From positions 1 through 28,571 of the IMG/VR virus record IMGVR_UViG_3300020044_003285: 28,571 bases of DNA; one strand, 5' to 3'. Source of the stretch: a virus (taxonomy: Duplodnaviria; Caudoviricetes). Position 1 is the stretch's first letter, and each line of letters begins with the position of its first letter. Below the pieces are notes generated by a model. The model saw nothing but the letters and a program-made list of their open reading frames with translations. It was not told the DNA's origin and did not search any database. The position numbers and the translations under genes were made by a program. Positions 24,510 through 28,571 of the stretch are shown here, one piece after another.

Positions 24510-24546
24510 TCCGTGCGGATAAGCCGTGCGGCCTGTTCTTAGTATA
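24510..24546 (-). promoter_or_regulatory. Putative internal late promoter and leader with twin CCGCACGG mini-hairpins
   Basis: -10 TATACT (24541-24546), then GCCGCACGGC-TTA-TCCGCACGGA abutting the RBS. Confidence 0.5.
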
Positions 24547-24587
24547 AGTGATACAAGATTCAATCAACGCACCAGAGGTGTGTCGGA

Positions 24588-25379
24588 TTATCGGCTACCA
24601 CGTATAGTGCGTATCTCACGCAGGACGTTCCGAGTGTTGATTGACAGGTCAGGATTTTGAGCAAGGAACGCACGGTTGGTCAGTCGTGTCACACCAGCGG
24701 CCCTCTTCTCCGCTTCCCAAATTGGTCGTTGCTCATTCTGCAAGTCGATTAGACGTTGCCGGGCATCCCCTGCTTCGTTTCTGAACTGGTCATAAAACTC
24801 CGGTTCGTCTTGTAGGCGAGTGTCGAAAAGGGGAACAGTAGTGCATTGGCAGTGGTCGTGGTAGCCGTCAAACTGCTCGGTGACTACGTCGGCAACGGTC
24901 GCGGCGTATAGGCAGAATGAGCAACCGCCCGGGGAAGCAATACGCCGATATTCGGATCCCTCGCTTGTGGCGTTATTTACCACGGTGTTTCGATCAACGG
25001 AAAGCACGGAACGACCAATCGCGCCAGAGAAGATACTCGCCGCCGTGTCAAACGGTGTGCCAGCAACTAGACGCGAAATAGTAAATCCAACAGCCTCGTC
25101 GGTGGAAGCCGCGATGTTGAGTGTTGCGATTGTTGGAGTGAATTTAGATTTGACCCCGGCAGAGGAACGCACGTCCATGTAATACTGCTGGGAAAGTAAA
25201 CCAGAGATGCGACCGTACTGATCCAAAATAACCGGCGCAGACCTTCTCAAAGACTCGGCAACAACACGAACTTCATCAGAACGAGCAACCGCCATCGCGC
25301 CAAGACTGTCCGCCGTAACCAGCGTGGCGAGATTGTTCATCACGCGCTTATGTTCAAGCGCCCTACTGTACGACACCAT
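24588..25379 (-). CDS. MuF-like minor capsid / capsid maturation protein
   Basis: YRRIASPGGCSFC...YHDHCQC...P; between portal and scaffold. Confidence 0.75.
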   Translation of the reverse strand: MVSYSRALEHKRVMNNLATLVTADSLGAMAVARSDEVRVVAESLRRSAPVILDQYGRISGLLSQQYYMDVRSSAGVKSKFTPTIATLNIAASTDEAVGFTISRLVAGTPFDTAASIFSGAIGRSVLSVDRNTVVNNATSEGSEYRRIASPGGCSFCLYAATVADVVTEQFDGYHDHCQCTTVPLFDTRLQDEPEFYDQFRNEAGDARQRLIDLQNEQRPIWEAEKRAAGVTRLTNRAFLAQNPDLSINTRNVLREIRTIRGSR

Positions 25380-26766
25380 TACTAGAAGCCACCTGTTCTA
25401 CCACCGGGGTCGTTGTCTGAATGTTGCCGGCTAACTTAGCCAGTTCACCAATCAAGGTCGCGGCCTGACTATTCGCGTTCTCTTCCCGGAGAAGATAACG
25501 GTCAGCCTCAGAAAGCCCGATTCGCTGAAGCGTAATTTCCGAATCAGGGCGAAGCACACCAGCGGCAATCAACTTAGTAACCTCATCCGCCGCCGCGGCA
25601 CGTGTCGGAGTAGAAGCGTCACGCCACATAGGTCGAACAGCCTCAAAGCCTTCAGGAAGCGTGTCGGTCTGGTTCGCAACCAGATAGGAGAGGCGAGCAA
25701 CCTCAGTCCATGCGCGACCGAACTGCCGTTGACGGCGCTCTGCACGTTTAACCAGACGAGACTCCATTTGTCGGATCGCGTCCGCGCTTGAGGGGTTGTC
25801 TGTCTGGAAACCAAGATAGGTGGGTGGGACAGCCGTTTCAGCAGCTAGTTGTGTGGCGAGCGCCCGGATGTAGGACATATAAGGTTCGGGCGAGTTTGCA
25901 GGGAACTGACCAACGGACGGCATTTGCGCGTCTTCGTCGTTGTAAGGAACACCAAGGAGACGGCCCTGAATGACCGACCAAGAGTTCAGAGGGTTTCCGT
26001 CCTCGTCTTGGAAGAAGTCTTCGCGAGCGCCCAGCACGTACCGTTGCGGTGCGGAATAGAACTCGCGTGAAACCTCTGCACCAAGGAAAGTACGCATAGC
26101 CGAGTCAATGAGATATTTTACGGCTGGCGTAATTTCAGATTTACCGTGGGACGATCCTGCGGTCGGCTGGTTGGTCAACTGGGCTACGAGTACGCGACCA
26201 AGCCTGTGGTCATCGCGTTCAACCTCAACCCACTCGTTGTTCATATATTCCAGAGTGATGTTTGTGTCCGGGAGAAAGAGAACACCGCGTTCAGGCTTGC
26301 CTCGTTTATCACGATCAACAAGCATGGCTGCGTCAACACGTCGACGGCGTAAATCCCAAATGGAAGTCATCTTAGACGGCGATTCAATTGTGATCAGCGG
26401 TGAGGGTTCGCCGGAAGCACCAGCACCCACAACAACGTAACCAACTCCATAAACGAGTGCGTCAATGTGAGCAAGCGAAGAGTCTGCGTCCAAATCGTTC
26501 AAGCGATAAATTTCGTTTAGACCATAGTCATCGCCGTTAATCCAACCCTCAAATTCAATGCGTTCTTCAAGAACCTGCACGGCGGTACGCGCCCAGCCAA
26601 CAACAGTCTGAACACCGGTGAGTTGCGGTGGGATAGAAATGCGGAGGTCTTTGAGTTTGTTCTCCGCGTCGTAATACTCACGCTTTTCATAATTCTTCAT
26701 GTCATACCCGGCGAGTCGTTTCGACAACGCAGAAGCAAGCGCAGATTCCTCGCTGGAGAGTGTCAC
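25363..26766 (-). CDS. Portal protein (SPP1 gp6-like)
   Basis: Follows terL; VVGWA..AV..L.ER, G.SEI, EFYSAPQRY.LG, NPSSADAI. Confidence 0.92.
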   Translation of the reverse strand: MTLSSEESALASALSKRLAGYDMKNYEKREYYDAENKLKDLRISIPPQLTGVQTVVGWARTAVQVLEERIEFEGWINGDDYGLNEIYRLNDLDADSSLAHIDALVYGVGYVVVGAGASGEPSPLITIESPSKMTSIWDLRRRRVDAAMLVDRDKRGKPERGVLFLPDTNITLEYMNNEWVEVERDDHRLGRVLVAQLTNQPTAGSSHGKSEITPAVKYLIDSAMRTFLGAEVSREFYSAPQRYVLGAREDFFQDEDGNPLNSWSVIQGRLLGVPYNDEDAQMPSVGQFPANSPEPYMSYIRALATQLAAETAVPPTYLGFQTDNPSSADAIRQMESRLVKRAERRQRQFGRAWTEVARLSYLVANQTDTLPEGFEAVRPMWRDASTPTRAAAADEVTKLIAAGVLRPDSEITLQRIGLSEADRYLLREENANSQAATLIGELAKLAGNIQTTTPVVEQVASSNGVVQ

Positions 26767-28286
26767 AATATGACCGCCCTTCGGGTTGTTCCAGTTTTCA
26801 TGTTTTCGCGCATATCATTCCTCGCACCGTTAGCAAGAACTGAACACGCTAATAAGTCTACTTTACGCGAACTCGATTTCTTCTCTTTGCGAAACGAGCC
26901 TGATTCGGTTGCGACCGCGTTCTGAACGTGCCGAGTAAGACGCACGTCACCGTTGTGTCCGATTGCTTTAGCAACCACGTCAGCAACGAATTGTTGGGCC
27001 ATAGGTGCGATTCGGTGGTTAGTCGGTGGGATACGTTCCACACGTCGCTTCCATCGTTTTGACCATTCCAAAACATCTGGTTCATAAAAGGAAGGATCCG
27101 CCCACAGCATTTTCACGTCATAGCGTTCAAACATTCGCTCAATCACCTTGTTCACCTCAAAGCGGTCAACTGTCCATTCGGGGTCGTTCGGGTCGGGTTC
27201 AAATAACGCTTCAACTTGTAACAGTCCAGTTTCCAAATCACAAATAACTAGACCGGTAGCATCGCCCGAAACTGATCCATCAAAGCCAGCAACCACAGAA
27301 GCGCCAAGAGCAATCGTTTCGTTTTCGCGGTACGCCTCCTTCCAATGAAATGGTGAAATAAAATCTTCACCTGCTAAACGCACCCATTGATTTAGGCGAT
27401 ACCTCTGGAAACCTGCAAAGCCAGATGACCCTGCTTCTTTGATTGACGATTCAAAGTCACCATAATCCATTAGCCCTTCAGCAAGGTTGGGGTTTGCAAG
27501 CCGCCACGTCTTCGAATCAGTCGGGTCTGCTGCGTCACCGGCTTCCCACCACCAGAAGCCAAAGGAAGGGTCATCAATTTCCCCGGTAGCGATGCGCTTG
27601 CCGTGCGTATAAAGGCGGCCCAGAAGAGTGTCCATGTTCCCTCCTGCTGTCGTAATCGCCACGACCAAACTTTCCGGGCGGTCGGCGGATCCCGTGGTGA
27701 GCGCTTCGTAGAGTTCGTCTCCACGTTTGTTTGTCGGCGTTGAGGGCCACGCGTGAAGTTCGTCGGCTACTACCAGCGAGGGTGCAAGACCGTGAGCCTT
27801 CATAGCGTCGGCGGAGAGCGCACGATAAATTCCACCGGTTGCCTTGTTTTCAAGAGCATCACGGTACGGAGTAATCACACGAAGCAAAGATGGGTTTCGC
27901 ATCACTTGGTCACGAGCCTCACCAAAGACGATACGAGCCTGTTGACGATCGGCGGCGGCCGAGTAGACCTGTGCGCCTTCTTGTCCGTACACGAGGTGTT
28001 CTAATGCCAAAGAAGTGCCAAGCAAACTCTTGCCATTTTTACGCGGCAATCCGACTAAAGCCCTACGGTACTTCAAAAGCCCAGTCGTAGGATCCGTCTC
28101 AAGGATGCGGTCAACCAACCACCGTTGCCAATCGGTAAATACCAACGGTTCGCCAGCCTTGAAACCACGAGAAGCCGTCATCAGCAATTCAGCAAACTCA
28201 GAAACATCCTCTCCCCGAGTAGTGTCCGAAGAACTGGGTACATGATAAGCCGGTCTCCAAATCTCAGACGGCTCAGGAAGACTCAC
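26763..28286 (-). CDS. terL: Terminase large subunit
   Basis: Walker A PRKNGKS, Walker B VVADELH, ITTAG, nuclease GFDGS...D and KVD. Confidence 0.95.
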   Translation of the reverse strand: MSLPEPSEIWRPAYHVPSSSDTTRGEDVSEFAELLMTASRGFKAGEPLVFTDWQRWLVDRILETDPTTGLLKYRRALVGLPRKNGKSLLGTSLALEHLVYGQEGAQVYSAAADRQQARIVFGEARDQVMRNPSLLRVITPYRDALENKATGGIYRALSADAMKAHGLAPSLVVADELHAWPSTPTNKRGDELYEALTTGSADRPESLVVAITTAGGNMDTLLGRLYTHGKRIATGEIDDPSFGFWWWEAGDAADPTDSKTWRLANPNLAEGLMDYGDFESSIKEAGSSGFAGFQRYRLNQWVRLAGEDFISPFHWKEAYRENETIALGASVVAGFDGSVSGDATGLVICDLETGLLQVEALFEPDPNDPEWTVDRFEVNKVIERMFERYDVKMLWADPSFYEPDVLEWSKRWKRRVERIPPTNHRIAPMAQQFVADVVAKAIGHNGDVRLTRHVQNAVATESGSFRKEKKSSSRKVDLLACSVLANGARNDMRENMKTGTTRRAVIL

Positions 28287-28570
28287 TCTAACTCCGGGCG
28301 CTTCGGGTCAGTCTTATCTTTGCGCCCATACACTTCCGGCAAATGGTTCTCAAGCCACCACTTCGCCGCGTTCCAGTTTCCGTTCTGCGCTTCGTCCTGC
28401 ACCACCATCACGTTTCGCACAATGGCATCTGCCCGGGCTTTCTTCAACGCATCCCACAAACGCACCGCCGCATCCAAAGAATCATCCACCACGCCAGTAT
28501 TCAAACGACGCTCTGCCTCAACCTTGCCCTGCTCAAGCAACGTATAAACCACACTCACCGACAAACCAGC
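28283..28570 (-). CDS. terS: Terminase small subunit, 5'-truncated
   Basis: Frame open to the window edge (AGLSVSVVY..., HTH-like); GNWNAAKWWLE..PE.YG; ATGA overlap with terL. Confidence 0.7.
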   Translation of the reverse strand, partial: AGLSVSVVYTLLEQGKVEAERRLNTGVVDDSLDAAVRLWDALKKARADAIVRNVMVVQDEAQNGNWNAAKWWLENHLPEVYGRKDKTDPKRPELE

Positions 28571-28571
28571 T

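Noticed and set aside
841-28547. The many plus-strand ORFs in the six-frame track
   Set aside because: They are antisense shadows of well-supported minus-strand genes, without recognisable motifs.

Overview
Near-complete (~29 kb) genome of a small tailed phage with siphovirus gene order. The host is probably an actinobacterium (inferred from gene families and promoter style). Almost every gene is on the minus strand. Reading from 28571 down: terminase small and large subunits, portal, MuF-like/maturation protein, scaffold, major capsid, head-tail connectors, major tail, frameshifted tail chaperones, a short tape measure, Dit, minor tail and fibre genes, then a lysis cassette (M23 peptidase, separate peptidoglycan-binding protein, membrane protein, holin). 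A control region at ~12230-12800 holds a lone plus-strand 56-aa gene and an iteron/G-repeat array. The early arm follows: wHTH, YqaJ exonuclease, Rad52/Sak recombinase, four methyltransferase ORFs, RusA, HNH, RepA-like initiator, loader-like protein, metallophosphoesterase, SSB and a HAD phosphatase. It ends in an HNH gene cut by the window edge, which would normally lead into terS. I recognised no integrase, repressor, polymerase or helicase. Best leads: (1) a 78-nt RNA gene that looks like a tmRNA tRNA-like domain (G3-U alanine acceptor) with no mRNA-like domain; (2) an iteron array resembling the linker of a RepA gene but lying ~6 kb from a RepA that lacks that linker; (3) a split, overlapping-frame C5 methyltransferase with seven tandem 'PT' modules; (4) two stand-alone gene cassettes sharing a promoter/leader, an early-gene AAGGCA start motif, and a candidate RBS-sequestering pseudoknot. 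All product calls come from motifs and synteny read by eye; no searches were run.
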